Below are positions 1-10,941 of a stretch of 64,000 nt of DNA, one piece after another. The translations under genes and the position numbers were made by a program. Position 1 is the stretch's first letter. Each line of letters starts with the position of its first letter. The DNA lies in assembly GCA_964556165.1 (NCBI GenBank), contig CAZKVH010000004.1:13075-77074 (forward strand), written 5' to 3'. Source of the DNA: an uncultured Actinomycetota bacterium. Lineage in GTDB: Bacteria > Actinomycetota > Humimicrobiia > Humimicrobiales > Humimicrobiaceae. The notes beneath the pieces were generated by a model. The model made no database searches, was not told the DNA's origin, and saw only the letters and a list, made by a program, of their open reading frames with translations.

Positions 1-231
1 TGTTACAGTGAATTTAAAAATGAACTTTTCCCGGTGATAATGTCCATACAGGGAAGTCTTGAGAATAAGAGCAAAATACCTGTTAATACTACAAGAAAAA
101 TAAAGCTGGAAAAAAGTTTGAGGGACCTCAAAAACAAACTCCAGAACGAGATAGTAATAGAAAATTTTGAGGAAGCAGCAAAAATAAGGGACAGAATCAG
201 GAGGCTGGAGAGAAATAAGTATGTCAGATAA
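1..231 (+). CDS. mcsA: UVR-domain protein (McsA-like activator of McsB), 5'-truncated by the window edge
   Basis: The frame is open from nt 1. The C-terminal EEAAKIRDRIRRLE is a UvrB/UvrC-type motif. It sits immediately upstream of mcsB and clpC and its stop overlaps the mcsB start, as in the Firmicutes ctsR-mcsA-mcsB-clpC operon. Confidence 0.55.
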   Translation, partial: CYSEFKNELFPVIMSIQGSLENKSKIPVNTTRKIKLEKSLRDLKNKLQNEIVIENFEEAAKIRDRIRRLERNKYVR

Positions 232-1297
232 AAAATTTTACCTGCTGGAAGATAGAACCAGCAAAAGTAAATTTAAAAATAAAAATAAGATTATATTAAA
301 TACGAAAGTTAGCCTTTCGAGAAATCTTGTTGACCATAAATTCGTAGATATAAGTGGAAGCCAGGAGAAGATTGCATTACTGGAGGAGATAAAGAAATAT
401 GTGGATAATAACAAGAAGTTCGGTAACTTTCAGTTTTATGATATTAAAGTTATAAAAGGTTTGCAGAGAGAGCTTTTTTTAATGGATTATATGATTGATT
501 CGGAGATGTCCCGCAGGTTGAGCGGTAAGGGTGTATATATAAAAGAGGATAGGGCCGTCAGGTCATCCTCAGCGATAATTATTAATAATGAAGACCATGT
601 AAGAATTCAGAGCGTATACCCCGGGCTCAAGATATATAAAGCGTATAATGAAGTTATGAAAATAGAGAAATATTTTGAGAAAGGTCTGACCTTTGCTTTT
701 GACAGAAAGCTCGGGTATCTTACAGCAAGCCCGTCTAACCTCGGGACTGCTTTAAGGGTTAGTGTTATTGTTCATTTACCTGTACTTGCTGCAAGTACTG
801 GATTAGTTGATTTATTAAAGAGAATAGGTAAGATTGGATGCCAGATAGGTGGATATTTTAGGAGTCAACCTGAAGTGACCGGTAATTTATTTGAAGTTTA
901 TAATGGGGTTACTCTGGGCAAAGGGGAGAGAGAGATACTTGATGAAATGAAGGCGATTTGCCTGAGTATAATCGAAGAGGAGCAGAAAGCCAGAGCCCAG
1001 ATTAAAAGAAACGACCTTCTGGGGATAAAAGATAATGTTTATCGTTCTTATGGGTTGATTAAGTATTCTAAAATATTATCATACGAAGAAGCGCTAGAGT
1101 TATTGTCAATTATAAGACTGGGTCTTGACCTTGATTTAATTGACGATGTAAATGACTTTGACTTTTTTGAATTAGTCAATAAATTAAGTGATTCACGTAT
1201 TATGGTAGATATGGAAATAAATGATAAAATAAAGGGTGACAGGATTGATTTAATAAGAGCTGATATAATAAGAGAGAAAATATTAAAAGGAAGTTGA
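221..1297 (+). CDS. mcsB: protein arginine kinase McsB (ATP:guanido phosphotransferase family)
   Basis: 358 aa, with a phosphagen-kinase-like catalytic core (YLTASPSNLGTALRVSV). It lies directly upstream of clpC. Confidence 0.9.
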   Translation: MSDKKFYLLEDRTSKSKFKNKNKIILNTKVSLSRNLVDHKFVDISGSQEKIALLEEIKKYVDNNKKFGNFQFYDIKVIKGLQRELFLMDYMIDSEMSRRLSGKGVYIKEDRAVRSSSAIIINNEDHVRIQSVYPGLKIYKAYNEVMKIEKYFEKGLTFAFDRKLGYLTASPSNLGTALRVSVIVHLPVLAASTGLVDLLKRIGKIGCQIGGYFRSQPEVTGNLFEVYNGVTLGKGEREILDEMKAICLSIIEEEQKARAQIKRNDLLGIKDNVYRSYGLIKYSKILSYEEALELLSIIRLGLDLDLIDDVNDFDFFELVNKLSDSRIMVDMEINDKIKGDRIDLIRADIIREKILKGS

Positions 1298-1301
1298 TTA
1301 A

Positions 1302-3767
1302 ATGTTTGAGAGATTTACAGAGAGAGCAAGAAAAGTAATAGTAAAAGCTCAGGACGAGGCAAGGTTTTTAAAGCAAAACTATATTGGTACCGAGCATATC
1401 CTGCTGGGTTTAATTGATGAAAAAGAAGGCATTGCCACCAGAGTTTTTTATGAGCTAAATATATCTATTGATGAAGTCAGGACCGCGATAAAAGAAGTGG
1501 TCACCGAAGGGACTTCTGAATCATACGAGCATATCCCATTTACGCCAAGGGCTAAAAAGGTTCTTGAACTGTCTTTAAGAGAAGCTCTTCAAATGGGACA
1601 TAATTATATTGGCACCGAACATATATTGTTAGGGCTGCTGAGAGAAGGAGAGGGTGTAGCTGCAAGAGTTTTAAATGGCCTCGGAATAACTATGGATGTT
1701 GTAAAAGAGAAAGTAAAGGAGCTTTTAAATGACCAGCCTTACTATTCTGAACCTGAAAGGAATACAGCAGATAAGAGCAGCAGGAAACCGCTTAAAATGC
1801 TGGTTCAGTATGGGAAAGACCTGACTTTACTTGCTCAGGAAGATAAACTTGACCCTCTTATCGGAAGAAGAAAAGAGATTGATAGAATAATACAGATACT
1901 TTCAAGAAGAACCAAAAATAATCCTATTTTAATAGGTGAATCAGGTGTGGGGAAAACTGCAATTGTTGAAGGGCTGGCCCAGTTAATCTGTTTGAAAAAA
2001 GTTCCTTCAAATCTTTCTGATAAGAGGATATTTACTCTTGACCTTGGAGCTCTTGTTGCAGGTTCAAGATATAGAGGTGATTTTGAGGAAAGGTTGAAGA
2101 AGGTACTTGCAGAAATTAAAGATAATGGAGATATAATACTTTTTATTGATGAAGTTCATACTCTTGTAGGCGCTGGTGCAGCAGAAGGAGCCATAGATGC
2201 TGCAAGTATATTAAAGCCGATGCTTGCGAGAGGAGAAATTCAGGCAATTGGAGCTACTACTGTAAATGAGTATCGTAAATATGTTGAGAAAGATAAGGCA
2301 CTTGAAAGAAGATTCCAGCCTATTTTTATAAACGAGCCGACAGTATATGAAACCATCGAGATATTAAAAGGAATCAAAGATAAATATGAATCTTTTCATA
2401 GCCTTACCATAACTGATGATGCGATAACGGCAGCAGCTAAATTATCCCATCGTTATATAAGCGATAGATTTTTGCCTGATAAAGCTATAGATTTAATAGA
2501 TGAATCTGCGTCCAGGGTAAGAGTTAGAGCGCTTACCATACCACCTGATATAAAAGAAATTGAAGTAAATATTGACAAAATAGTGCAAGAAAAGAAAAAA
2601 GCTATAGAATCACAGGATTTTGAAAAAGCAGCGCAGTTACGTGATAGGGAGAAACAGCTGCTTAAAGAAAAAAGAGATATAGAAGAGATTAGTTCAAGGT
2701 CCAGCAAAGCCGGAAAGGAGACTGTTGGGGAAAATGAAATTACAGAAGTGCTTTCCAACTGGACAGGTATTCCCGTATATAAGTTGACTTCAAGCGAATC
2801 ATCTAAATTGCTTGGTATGGAAAAGGAATTGCACAGGAGAGTTGTTGGACAGGATGAAGCAATAAAGACTGTTTCAAGGGCTATAAGAAGGTCCCGTTCG
2901 GGACTTAAAGACCCGAAAAGGCCCATTGGTTCTTTTATGTTCCTGGGTCCATCAGGAGTTGGGAAAACTGAACTGGCAAAAACAATAGCGGAGTTCCTTT
3001 TTGACAATGAAGAAGCCTTAATACAGATTGACATGTCTGAGTATATGGAGAAGCACTCTGTTTCAAAACTGGTCGGCTCCCCACCCGGTTATGTGGGTTA
3101 TGATGAGGGCGGGCAGCTAACAGAAATGGTAAGAAGAAAGCCCTATAGCGTTATACTGCTGGATGAGATAGAGAAGGCACATCCTGATGTCTTTAACATA
3201 TTGCTGCAGATTTTTGAGGACGGGCATCTCACTGATTCTCAGGGCAAGAGGGTGGATTTTAAGAATACTGTATTAATTATGACATCAAACCTGGGAGCAA
3301 GAGAGATACAGAAAAACACTCCAATGGGCTTTAAGATGATAAATACAGAAGACCTCTCTTATGACGAGATTAAGGAAAAAGTCATGAGCGAGTTAAAAAA
3401 GGCATTCAGGCCAGAATTTTTAAACAGGCTGGATGAGGTCATAGTATTTCATAAACTGCAAAAGAAAGAGATTTACAACATAATGGACCTCATGATGTCC
3501 AGGGTGCAACAACAGCTTGAACTTCAGGGGGTCATCATAGAGCTCAAGAAGAGTGCTAAAGATTTGCTACTGTTAAAAGGCTACGATTCTACGATGGGTG
3601 CACGACCAATGAGAAGGTGTATACAGAACCTTATAGAAGACCCTATTTCAGAAAAGCTGATAAAGGGTGAAATAAAATCGGGTCAAAAAGTAGAGGTTAG
3701 CGCAAAAGATAATGAAATGCATTTTGAGATTAAAAAATTAAGCCGTGGGAGCGTTTTAAAAGTTTAA
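1302..3767 (+). CDS. clpC: ATP-dependent Clp protease ATP-binding subunit ClpC
   Basis: 821 aa. It has duplicated Clp-N repeats (YIGTEHILLGL twice), two AAA+ modules (GESGVGKT and GPSGVGKT Walker A motifs) and a UVR-like middle segment (FEKAAQLRDRE). Confidence 0.92.
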   Translation: MFERFTERARKVIVKAQDEARFLKQNYIGTEHILLGLIDEKEGIATRVFYELNISIDEVRTAIKEVVTEGTSESYEHIPFTPRAKKVLELSLREALQMGHNYIGTEHILLGLLREGEGVAARVLNGLGITMDVVKEKVKELLNDQPYYSEPERNTADKSSRKPLKMLVQYGKDLTLLAQEDKLDPLIGRRKEIDRIIQILSRRTKNNPILIGESGVGKTAIVEGLAQLICLKKVPSNLSDKRIFTLDLGALVAGSRYRGDFEERLKKVLAEIKDNGDIILFIDEVHTLVGAGAAEGAIDAASILKPMLARGEIQAIGATTVNEYRKYVEKDKALERRFQPIFINEPTVYETIEILKGIKDKYESFHSLTITDDAITAAAKLSHRYISDRFLPDKAIDLIDESASRVRVRALTIPPDIKEIEVNIDKIVQEKKKAIESQDFEKAAQLRDREKQLLKEKRDIEEISSRSSKAGKETVGENEITEVLSNWTGIPVYKLTSSESSKLLGMEKELHRRVVGQDEAIKTVSRAIRRSRSGLKDPKRPIGSFMFLGPSGVGKTELAKTIAEFLFDNEEALIQIDMSEYMEKHSVSKLVGSPPGYVGYDEGGQLTEMVRRKPYSVILLDEIEKAHPDVFNILLQIFEDGHLTDSQGKRVDFKNTVLIMTSNLGAREIQKNTPMGFKMINTEDLSYDEIKEKVMSELKKAFRPEFLNRLDEVIVFHKLQKKEIYNIMDLMMSRVQQQLELQGVIIELKKSAKDLLLLKGYDSTMGARPMRRCIQNLIEDPISEKLIKGEIKSGQKVEVSAKDNEMHFEIKKLSRGSVLKV

Positions 3768-3801
3768 TTTTAAATAATCTAAGATAGTTTAAGGATGGTA
3801 A

Positions 3802-4911
3802 ATGAACAAAAAAAATGAGGAGCTATTAATAGAATGTTTGAAGAGAATAGCTCCGGGCACTGGTTTAAGATTGGGAATAGAATACATACTTCAGGGAAGA
3901 ACAGGAGGATTGGTTGTTGTAGGGGATTCTGAGGAGGTATTAAAACTTGTAAATGGGGGGTTTTATATCGGCTGCAGCTTTACTCCCACAAAATTTTATG
4001 AGCTTGCAAAGATGGACGGAGCGATTATATTAAGTTCCGATGGCAAGAGAATTCTATATGCCAATACGCATCTTTTTCCTGACCCGAACATAAGGACATC
4101 TGAAACTGGAACAAGGCACAGGACTGCAGAAAGAGTGGCAAAGCAGACAAATACTCTGGTTATTTCTATCTCAATGAAGAGAGATGTTGTAACTATATAT
4201 AAAGGCGATATAAGATACATGCTTGAAGAATCAAGGTCTATTCTGTCGAGAGCAAGCCAGGCTCTGCAGACTCTTGAGAAGTACAAGGAAGGGCTTGATG
4301 AGCTTACTTTTAATCTAACCGTAAAAGAACTTGAGGATATTGTCACACTTTTTGATGTGACTACAATACTTCAGAGGTCAAGTATAGTCCAGAGGACGGA
4401 AAAGGAAGTTAAAAAGTATATATATGAGCTTGGAGTAGAAGGCAGGCTGTTAAATATGCAGGTAGAGGAATTAATGGCTAATGTAGTAAATGATTCCTTA
4501 AACATAATCGGTGATTATGTACACCCGGATATTACCGAGGGGCCCGTTGAAATCAAGGACAAGATAAACATGCTAAGCGAGAAAGAGCTGCTTGAACTTG
4601 GCAATATTGCGAAATTTCTGGGTCATGAGGCAGAGGGAAGTCTGAGGGAATTTGATATGCATACGAGAGGCCTGAGAATTATTACAGAAGTAAGAAGGCT
4701 TCCCCACTCTGTTGTTGTCAGTCTGATAGATAAGTTCGGTAACCTCAGAAATGTGCTAAATGCAAGCGTAGAAGAATTATCAGATGTTCCAGGTATGGGG
4801 AAGGGCAAGGCAAAGTCTCTTTATGATAAACTAAAGAAGTTCTCGGAATACTATTTATACAATGAACTTTATACAAGGAACAGGGGAGTAATTCCAAAGA
4901 TTGGAATATAA
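3802..4911 (+). CDS. disA: DNA integrity scanning protein DisA (diadenylate cyclase, c-di-AMP synthase)
   Basis: 369 aa. The DAC-domain motifs DGAIIL and RHRTAER are present, with a C-terminal HhH-like region. Its position after clpC matches Bacillus, except that radA is absent. Confidence 0.85.
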   Translation: MNKKNEELLIECLKRIAPGTGLRLGIEYILQGRTGGLVVVGDSEEVLKLVNGGFYIGCSFTPTKFYELAKMDGAIILSSDGKRILYANTHLFPDPNIRTSETGTRHRTAERVAKQTNTLVISISMKRDVVTIYKGDIRYMLEESRSILSRASQALQTLEKYKEGLDELTFNLTVKELEDIVTLFDVTTILQRSSIVQRTEKEVKKYIYELGVEGRLLNMQVEELMANVVNDSLNIIGDYVHPDITEGPVEIKDKINMLSEKELLELGNIAKFLGHEAEGSLREFDMHTRGLRIITEVRRLPHSVVVSLIDKFGNLRNVLNASVEELSDVPGMGKGKAKSLYDKLKKFSEYYLYNELYTRNRGVIPKIGI

Positions 4912-4992
4912 AATAATTAAAATGTTTTATAGCTTGTATCGTTTGATAAGCTTAAATTTCACTCTCAATTAAATTCTTTAAAAAAATGATGA

Positions 4993-5709
4993 TTGTTTAT
5001 GAATGTAGCAGTAATTACAGCAGCCGGGAAGGGCACAAGATTAAAAGGCAATATAAGCAAGCAGTTCATGCATATTTATGGTAAGCCGATACTGGCGCAT
5101 ACCATAAATGCTTTTCAAAATTCTTCAAAAATAATGGAAATATATGTTTCAGTCCCCGGAGAATATCTTGAGTTTTGCCAGAAAAAGATAATTGAAAAAT
5201 ATTCATTCAGTAAAGTTAAAAAGCTTGTTGCAGGCGGTTCAACCAGGCAGGAATCTGTATATAATGCTTTAAAAGAAGTGCCCGCTTCTACCAGAATTGT
5301 TACAATTCATGATGGTGTCAGGCCTCTTATCACTTCTGATGAAATAAATCTTTTAATAAACGTTTTGATAAGGGAGAATAGAAAAGACAAAAAGGTCAGA
5401 GGAGTCATAATGGCAGCGCCGGTAATGGAAACTGTAAAGACTGCTGATAAGGATATTATAAGCGGGACTATACCGCGGGATACTGTCTGGAATGCTCAAA
5501 CGCCCCAGACTTTTTTTTATAATGATGTGATGGAAGCACATAAAAAAGCAATAAAAGATTTTTATACGGGCACGGATGATTCTTCGCTGGTCGAGAGGCT
5601 GGGTTTTAAGGTTTTCGTGGTCAGGGGCAGGCACGAGAATATAAAGATTACTACTCCTATTGATTTGTTTCTTGCAGAGCTGGTAATGACCAGAAAATCA
5701 AATAGATGA
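4993..5709 (+). CDS. ispD: 2-C-methyl-D-erythritol 4-phosphate cytidylyltransferase
   Basis: The N-terminal [12 protein letters not shown] nucleotide-binding motif is present. Length (238 aa) and its pairing with ispF fit. The true start may be the ATG at 4999. Confidence 0.85.
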   Translation: MFMNVAVITAAGKGTRLKGNISKQFMHIYGKPILAHTINAFQNSSKIMEIYVSVPGEYLEFCQKKIIEKYSFSKVKKLVAGGSTRQESVYNALKEVPASTRIVTIHDGVRPLITSDEINLLINVLIRENRKDKKVRGVIMAAPVMETVKTADKDIISGTIPRDTVWNAQTPQTFFYNDVMEAHKKAIKDFYTGTDDSSLVERLGFKVFVVRGRHENIKITTPIDLFLAELVMTRKSNR

Positions 5710-5749
5710 TTGTAAATTAAGAATTTTAAAAAAAGAAGGGCAATTACTT

Positions 5750-6217
5750 ATGAAAGTTGGACTGGGTTTTGATGTTCATAAATTTAAGAAGGGCAGAAAA
5801 TTAATACTTGGCGGTGTTGATATAGTTTATGATAAAGGTCTTGAAGGTCATTCCGATGCCGATGTTCTGGTGCATTCTTTGATGGATGCAATTCTTGGAG
5901 CATGTAACCTTGGAGATATAGGGGTTAATTTTCCTGATGATAATATGGAATATAAAGATATATCGAGTCTTGTTTTGCTGAAAAAGGTAAAGGATAAAAT
6001 AGATAGCAGAGGTTTTAAGATTGCAAATATTGACGCAGTCCTGGTTATGCAGGAGCCTAAAATTTCAAAATATATCCCAGAAATGAAAAAAAATATAGCC
6101 GGTATCCTGGAGATAGATGAGGGTGATGTAAGTATAAAAGCAACCACGACTGAAGGGCTCGGATTCTGCGGCAGAAAAGAAGGAGTCTCTGCAATCAGTG
6201 TGGTCCTGGTGGATTAA
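5750..6217 (+). CDS. ispF: 2-C-methyl-D-erythritol 2,4-cyclodiphosphate synthase
   Basis: 155 aa, with GLGFDVHKF...[19 protein letters not shown], the canonical IspF metal-binding core. Confidence 0.9.
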   Translation: MKVGLGFDVHKFKKGRKLILGGVDIVYDKGLEGHSDADVLVHSLMDAILGACNLGDIGVNFPDDNMEYKDISSLVLLKKVKDKIDSRGFKIANIDAVLVMQEPKISKYIPEMKKNIAGILEIDEGDVSIKATTTEGLGFCGRKEGVSAISVVLVD

Positions 6218-6352
6218 CATTGCTATAGAACTTAATTATAGATAAAAGATATAGTATATAATTTTTTTTGCATGTTTTTTAAAAATTCTTTGTGGAAGGG
6301 AATGCTCATTAAAAACTTCCGTGAATGACGGATTATTAAATAAAATAATGGA

Positions 6353-7849
6353 GTGATAATGATACCGCGTTTTAGATTTGCCCCTTCTCCTACAGGGGGG
6401 CTGCATATTGGAACGGCAAGAACTGCCTTATTCAACTGGATGGCAGCAGCAAGCATGGGAGGAAAGGTAATTTTAAGAATTGAGGATACTGATGTAAAGA
6501 GATCCAGTAAAGCTTATGAAGAATCAATTCTTAAAGATTTAAAATGGCTTGGGCTGGAATGGGATGAGTTCTACAGGCAGAGCGAAAGAATTAAAATATA
6601 TCAGGATTTTGCGAATAAGATGCTTGAGGAGAACAGGGCTTACAGATGTTTCTGCACCCCTGAGAGGCTGGAGGAACTCAAGAAAAGCCAGTATGCAGCC
6701 GGTAAGATGTCAAAATATGATAATAAATGCAGAGGACTGAGTGATGAAGAAATTGCAGGAAATTTAAAAGAAGGCAAGAAATTTGCCATAAGATTCAAAG
6801 TGGAAAGTGACAGGAAAATTGTCTTTAATGATTTAATAAGAGGAGAGATGAAGTTTGAATCTAATTTTATTGGAGACTTTGTAATAATAAAATCTGACGG
6901 AACCCCATCATATAACTTTGCTGTCGTAGTAGATGACGGGGATATGGGGATTACTCATATTTTGAGGGGAGAGGATCACCTGACAAATACAGCAAGGCAG
7001 ATTTTGCTATTTGAAAGCCTCGGTTTTGAAGTACCTTCTTTTGCGCATATTTCGATGATATTAGGTAATGATGGTTCGAAGTTAAGTAAGAGGCATGGAG
7101 CTACTACAATTTCTGAGTACAGGAATGAAGGGTATCTTGCTGAAGCTATTATAAATTATCTTTCAATACTTTCATGGTCACCAGGTGACAATGAGGAGAT
7201 ATTTGCTATAAGGGATATTAAAGACAAATTTAAGATAACCGACATATCGAGGAGCCCGGCTATATTTGACATAAATAAGCTGAAATGGATAAATGGCATT
7301 TACATCAGAAAGAAGTCGGTTGAAGAGCTTGTGGAGCTTGTTACGCCTTATTTGCTAAAGGAAAAAATACTTGATAAAAAAGATACAGAAGAAAAAAAGA
7401 TAATGGAGAGGATATATAAGTGTGCAAAAGCTTTTCAGGATAATTTAAAAACTCTAAGTGATTTTCCTGTTTGCGTAAAGGACTTATTAAGTGATAGGAT
7501 TGCTGATTACAGCCAGGATTCACTGGAAATTTTAAAACAGGATACTTCCGGACCTGTTGTGAAGAGTTTCCTTGAAGAACTTGAAAGCATTTGCAGGTCT
7601 TCTGGCAACAATGAGGATATTGATTTAAATGAGGATAATGGGAGAGAGATAATTAATAGTGTCGGCAAGAAGCTCAGAGAGGAAGGCATAAAAGGGAAAT
7701 ATTTATATATGCCTATAAGGGTATCTATAACAGGAAGCACCAGGGGGCCCGAGCTACCTGAGGTTATTTCGATACTTGGTTTAAAAAATTGTATACAAAG
7801 AGTTAAACAAACTTTAGAATATATAAAAAATAATATTAAAATGATATAG
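6353..7849 (+). CDS. gltX: glutamyl-tRNA synthetase
   Basis: Class I aaRS with HIGH (PSPTGGLHIGTA) and KMSKS-type (KLSKR) motifs, 498 aa. A GGAG RBS favours the ATG at 6359 as the start. Confidence 0.9.
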   Translation: MIMIPRFRFAPSPTGGLHIGTARTALFNWMAAASMGGKVILRIEDTDVKRSSKAYEESILKDLKWLGLEWDEFYRQSERIKIYQDFANKMLEENRAYRCFCTPERLEELKKSQYAAGKMSKYDNKCRGLSDEEIAGNLKEGKKFAIRFKVESDRKIVFNDLIRGEMKFESNFIGDFVIIKSDGTPSYNFAVVVDDGDMGITHILRGEDHLTNTARQILLFESLGFEVPSFAHISMILGNDGSKLSKRHGATTISEYRNEGYLAEAIINYLSILSWSPGDNEEIFAIRDIKDKFKITDISRSPAIFDINKLKWINGIYIRKKSVEELVELVTPYLLKEKILDKKDTEEKKIMERIYKCAKAFQDNLKTLSDFPVCVKDLLSDRIADYSQDSLEILKQDTSGPVVKSFLEELESICRSSGNNEDIDLNEDNGREIINSVGKKLREEGIKGKYLYMPIRVSITGSTRGPELPEVISILGLKNCIQRVKQTLEYIKNNIKMI

Positions 7850-7877
7850 AAAAATTATTTCATAGAAGAGTGAATTT

Positions 7878-8537
7878 ATGGGATTAATAGCTGAAATTAA
7901 AGGTCTCGTGAAAGCTGCGAAGGACAGGGACCCGGCTGCAGTAAATGCTGCAGAGATTTTATTTACTTATTCGGGAGTTCATGCTGTGATAAATCACAGG
8001 ATGGCTCACTGGCTTTACAGACACAGGATGCCCTTTCTTCCAAGATGGATATCACAACTAAGCAGGTTTTTTACCGGAATAGAAATTCATCCGGGAGCAA
8101 GGATAGGAGAAGGATTTTTCATAGACCATGGTATGGGAGTAGTAATAGGAGAAACTTCAGAGATTGGCAATAACGTAACTATATACCAGGGTGTAACCCT
8201 GGGCGGTACCGGGAAGGAAAAGGGCAAGCGGCATCCTACAATAGGGGATAATGTGGTAATATCTGCAGGAGCAAAGGTGCTTGGTTCGATTGAAATAGGT
8301 AATAATGTTATTATTGGCTCGGGAGCAGTAGTGATAAAGTCTGTACCGGATAATTGTACGGTAGTGGGGGTTCCCGGTAAAATTGTCAGAGTTGGAGGGG
8401 AGAAAGTTCTTTCCGATGAATTTCACAGGATGAACCTTCCTGACCCGGTTAGTGAAATTTTGAGCGATTACTCTGCAAGAATAAATTTTCTGGAAAAAGA
8501 GTTAGAAAAAATAAAGAAAGAAAAGAAACATAAATAA
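7878..8537 (+). CDS. cysE: serine O-acetyltransferase
   Basis: Left-handed beta-helix hexapeptide repeats with a SAT-type N-terminal domain. It lies between gltX and cysS as in Bacillus. Confidence 0.85.
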   Translation: MGLIAEIKGLVKAAKDRDPAAVNAAEILFTYSGVHAVINHRMAHWLYRHRMPFLPRWISQLSRFFTGIEIHPGARIGEGFFIDHGMGVVIGETSEIGNNVTIYQGVTLGGTGKEKGKRHPTIGDNVVISAGAKVLGSIEIGNNVIIGSGAVVIKSVPDNCTVVGVPGKIVRVGGEKVLSDEFHRMNLPDPVSEILSDYSARINFLEKELEKIKKEKKHK

Positions 8538-8595
8538 CATAAACTTCATGTAGCAAATGGATTAAATCAAATCCTGTAACAGTTAGGAGGTATGG

Positions 8596-10083
8596 GTGAG
8601 TTTAAAGATATATAATACGCTTCACAGAAAAAAAGAACTATTTAAACCAATAAACGAGGGTTGCGTTAAGATGTACGTATGTGGTCCTACTGTTTATAAC
8701 TATATATCTATAGGGAACACCAGGCCTGTCGTGGTTTTTAACATGGTAAAGAATTACCTGCAGTATCTGGGATACAGGGTAGATTATGTTCAGAATATTA
8801 CCGATATTGAAGACAAGATAATAAAGAGAGCCCAGGAAGAAAAAGTTGATTATAAAGTTATAACGTCAAGATATATAAACGCTTTTCTGGAGGATTTGAG
8901 GAATCTGGAGATAGGCGGTTTCAGCAAAATGCCCCTGGCTACAGAGATGATAACCGAGATAATAGATATCATAGAGAAGATTATTGAAAACGGCTATGGC
9001 TATGTAGTTGATGGCAATGTTTATTTTGAGGTGAGTAAATTTCACGGGTATGGTAAATTGTCGGGCCAGAAAATAAATGAGATGAAAGACAGTGAAGAAG
9101 ATGGTTTCGCTAAAAAAAATAAAATTGATTTTGCTCTGTGGAAAAAAGCCAGGGATGGCGAGCCATCCTGGGGAAGCCCATGGGGTGATGGCAGGCCCGG
9201 CTGGCATATTGAATGCTCTGCAATGGTGACCGCTCTTTTAGGCACGAATATCGATATACATGGCGGGGGCATAGATCTAGTATTTCCTCACCATGAAAAT
9301 GAAATAGCGCAGTCCGAGGCTGCTTTTCCTGATAAAGGTGACTTTGTAAAATTCTGGATGCATAATGGCATGATTGAGGTAAGGGAAGAGAAAATATCCA
9401 AGTCCCTCGGCCTTAAGGAAAACTGGATATTAAAGAACCTTCTTAAAGTTTATCCAGCAAATGTTATAAAAATGTATATACTCTCTACTCATTACAGAAG
9501 TCCCCTGGAGTTTAACATGGAGAAACTGGAAGAGGCAGCAAAAGCTCTTGAGAGGATTGCAAATACACTAAAAAATATAGAATTTCTGGCAGGGCAGGAC
9601 GAAAACAGCATATCAGTTGCAGGAAGCGAAGAAGGTGGAGAAGAAATTTCCTCAAGAATTAAAGACTTTACAGTAAAGTTTGAAAATGATTTTAAAAATT
9701 CAATGGATGATGATTTTAATTCAGCTAAAGCAATAGGCGACATTTTCGAATTTGTAAAGAGCATAAACAGTATAATACAAAAGTCTGATTTTAAGATTAA
9801 TGAGCCTATAAGGAATGGTCTTAAGGATGCTCACTCAAAGATAACAGGACTTGGAACGGTACTGGGATTTAACTTTAAAAAAGAGGTTTTAAAAGTATCA
9901 GAAAATGTTGAATCAAGGATAGAATTAACAAAAGAAGAAATAGAAAAGCTTGTGGCAGAAAGAGAAACTGCAAGAAAGAAGAAAGATTTTAAGAAATCCG
10001 ATGAAATTAGAAATTACCTGCAGAAAAGGGGCATTATCCTGGAAGACAGGAAAGAAGGTACTATCTGGGAACTTAAAGAATAA
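8596..10083 (+). CDS. cysS: cysteinyl-tRNA synthetase
   Basis: Class I aaRS. It has CGPTVYNYISIGN (HIGH-region context), KISKSLG (KMSKS) and Zn-binding Cys residues. It uses a GTG start with an AGGAGG RBS 6 nt upstream. Confidence 0.9.
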   Translation: MSLKIYNTLHRKKELFKPINEGCVKMYVCGPTVYNYISIGNTRPVVVFNMVKNYLQYLGYRVDYVQNITDIEDKIIKRAQEEKVDYKVITSRYINAFLEDLRNLEIGGFSKMPLATEMITEIIDIIEKIIENGYGYVVDGNVYFEVSKFHGYGKLSGQKINEMKDSEEDGFAKKNKIDFALWKKARDGEPSWGSPWGDGRPGWHIECSAMVTALLGTNIDIHGGGIDLVFPHHENEIAQSEAAFPDKGDFVKFWMHNGMIEVREEKISKSLGLKENWILKNLLKVYPANVIKMYILSTHYRSPLEFNMEKLEEAAKALERIANTLKNIEFLAGQDENSISVAGSEEGGEEISSRIKDFTVKFENDFKNSMDDDFNSAKAIGDIFEFVKSINSIIQKSDFKINEPIRNGLKDAHSKITGLGTVLGFNFKKEVLKVSENVESRIELTKEEIEKLVAERETARKKKDFKKSDEIRNYLQKRGIILEDRKEGTIWELKE

Positions 10084-10133
10084 ATTAAGTGTCTTATATT
10101 TCATTAACTCCATATATAAGGATATTGTGAACT

Positions 10134-10928
10134 ATGGATAAGAATGTAAATTATGAATATATATATGGAATAAACCCGGTATATTCGCTTGTTGTCACAA
10201 ATGCAGGGAAAAGAAAAATATATGATATCATTATTGATAGAGGAAGAAGAAGAGATTTAAGAATACAGCGAATTATCGAAGAAGCAAAAAAGAAAAAAAT
10301 TGAAATATCAGAACTTGAATCCAGAAGTTTTGGTGATATTTGTTCAGGAGATATCAGTTCCCAGGGTATTGGTGCACGTGTTTCTCCTTACAATTATTTG
10401 AATCTGGGAGATTACTTAAACACCTTGTCTGGGGGAGAGAATAATAATATGAGCCGGCTGGTAATTCTTGATGGTGTTACCGATGCAGGTAATTTCGGCT
10501 CAATTATAAGAAACTGTAATGCATTTGGATTTGATGGAATTATTATACCAGAAAGAAGAAGCGTGTCTGTAAATGAAAGAGTCAGCAAGATTTCTGCCGG
10601 TGCATTAGAAGAAGTAAAATTATTCAGAGTCGTTAATATTACGAGTACCATAAAAGAATTAAAAAAGAGAGGGTTCTGGATTTATGGTACTACACTTGAT
10701 GTAGATTCCAGTGTTAGTTATATAAGCGATGTTAATTTTATCTTTCCGATGGTAATTGTTATGGGAAGTGAAGATAAAGGGATAAGCAGGCTGGTAAAGG
10801 AAAATTGTGATTTTTTGATTTCTATAAGGTTAAGCGGCAGGATGCAGTCTTTAAATGTTTCAGTTGCAAGCGGAATTATTTTATATAAGGTACAGGAGCA
10901 AATTGAAAAACAATCCGGAAAAGTATAG
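10134..10928 (+). CDS. rlmB: TrmH-family 23S rRNA (Gm2251) 2'-O-methyltransferase RlmB/YacO
   Basis: SpoU/TrmH methylase core (LVILDGVTDAGNFGSIIRN...VIVMGSEDKGIS). Its position after cysS matches Bacillus yacO. Confidence 0.8.
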   Translation: MDKNVNYEYIYGINPVYSLVVTNAGKRKIYDIIIDRGRRRDLRIQRIIEEAKKKKIEISELESRSFGDICSGDISSQGIGARVSPYNYLNLGDYLNTLSGGENNNMSRLVILDGVTDAGNFGSIIRNCNAFGFDGIIIPERRSVSVNERVSKISAGALEEVKLFRVVNITSTIKELKKRGFWIYGTTLDVDSSVSYISDVNFIFPMVIVMGSEDKGISRLVKENCDFLISIRLSGRMQSLNVSVASGIILYKVQEQIEKQSGKV

Positions 10929-10941
10929 CCAGAGTGAAAAT

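Noticed and set aside
2453-3034. 193-aa antisense ORF inside clpC. The same kind of call applies to 35482..36018 inside the permease, 51853..52392 inside the FGGY kinase and 3996..4346 inside disA.
   Set aside because: Each lies entirely within a well-supported gene on the opposite strand. The sequences are low-complexity Ser/Leu/Ile-rich with no motifs. They are frame shadows of AT-rich coding DNA.
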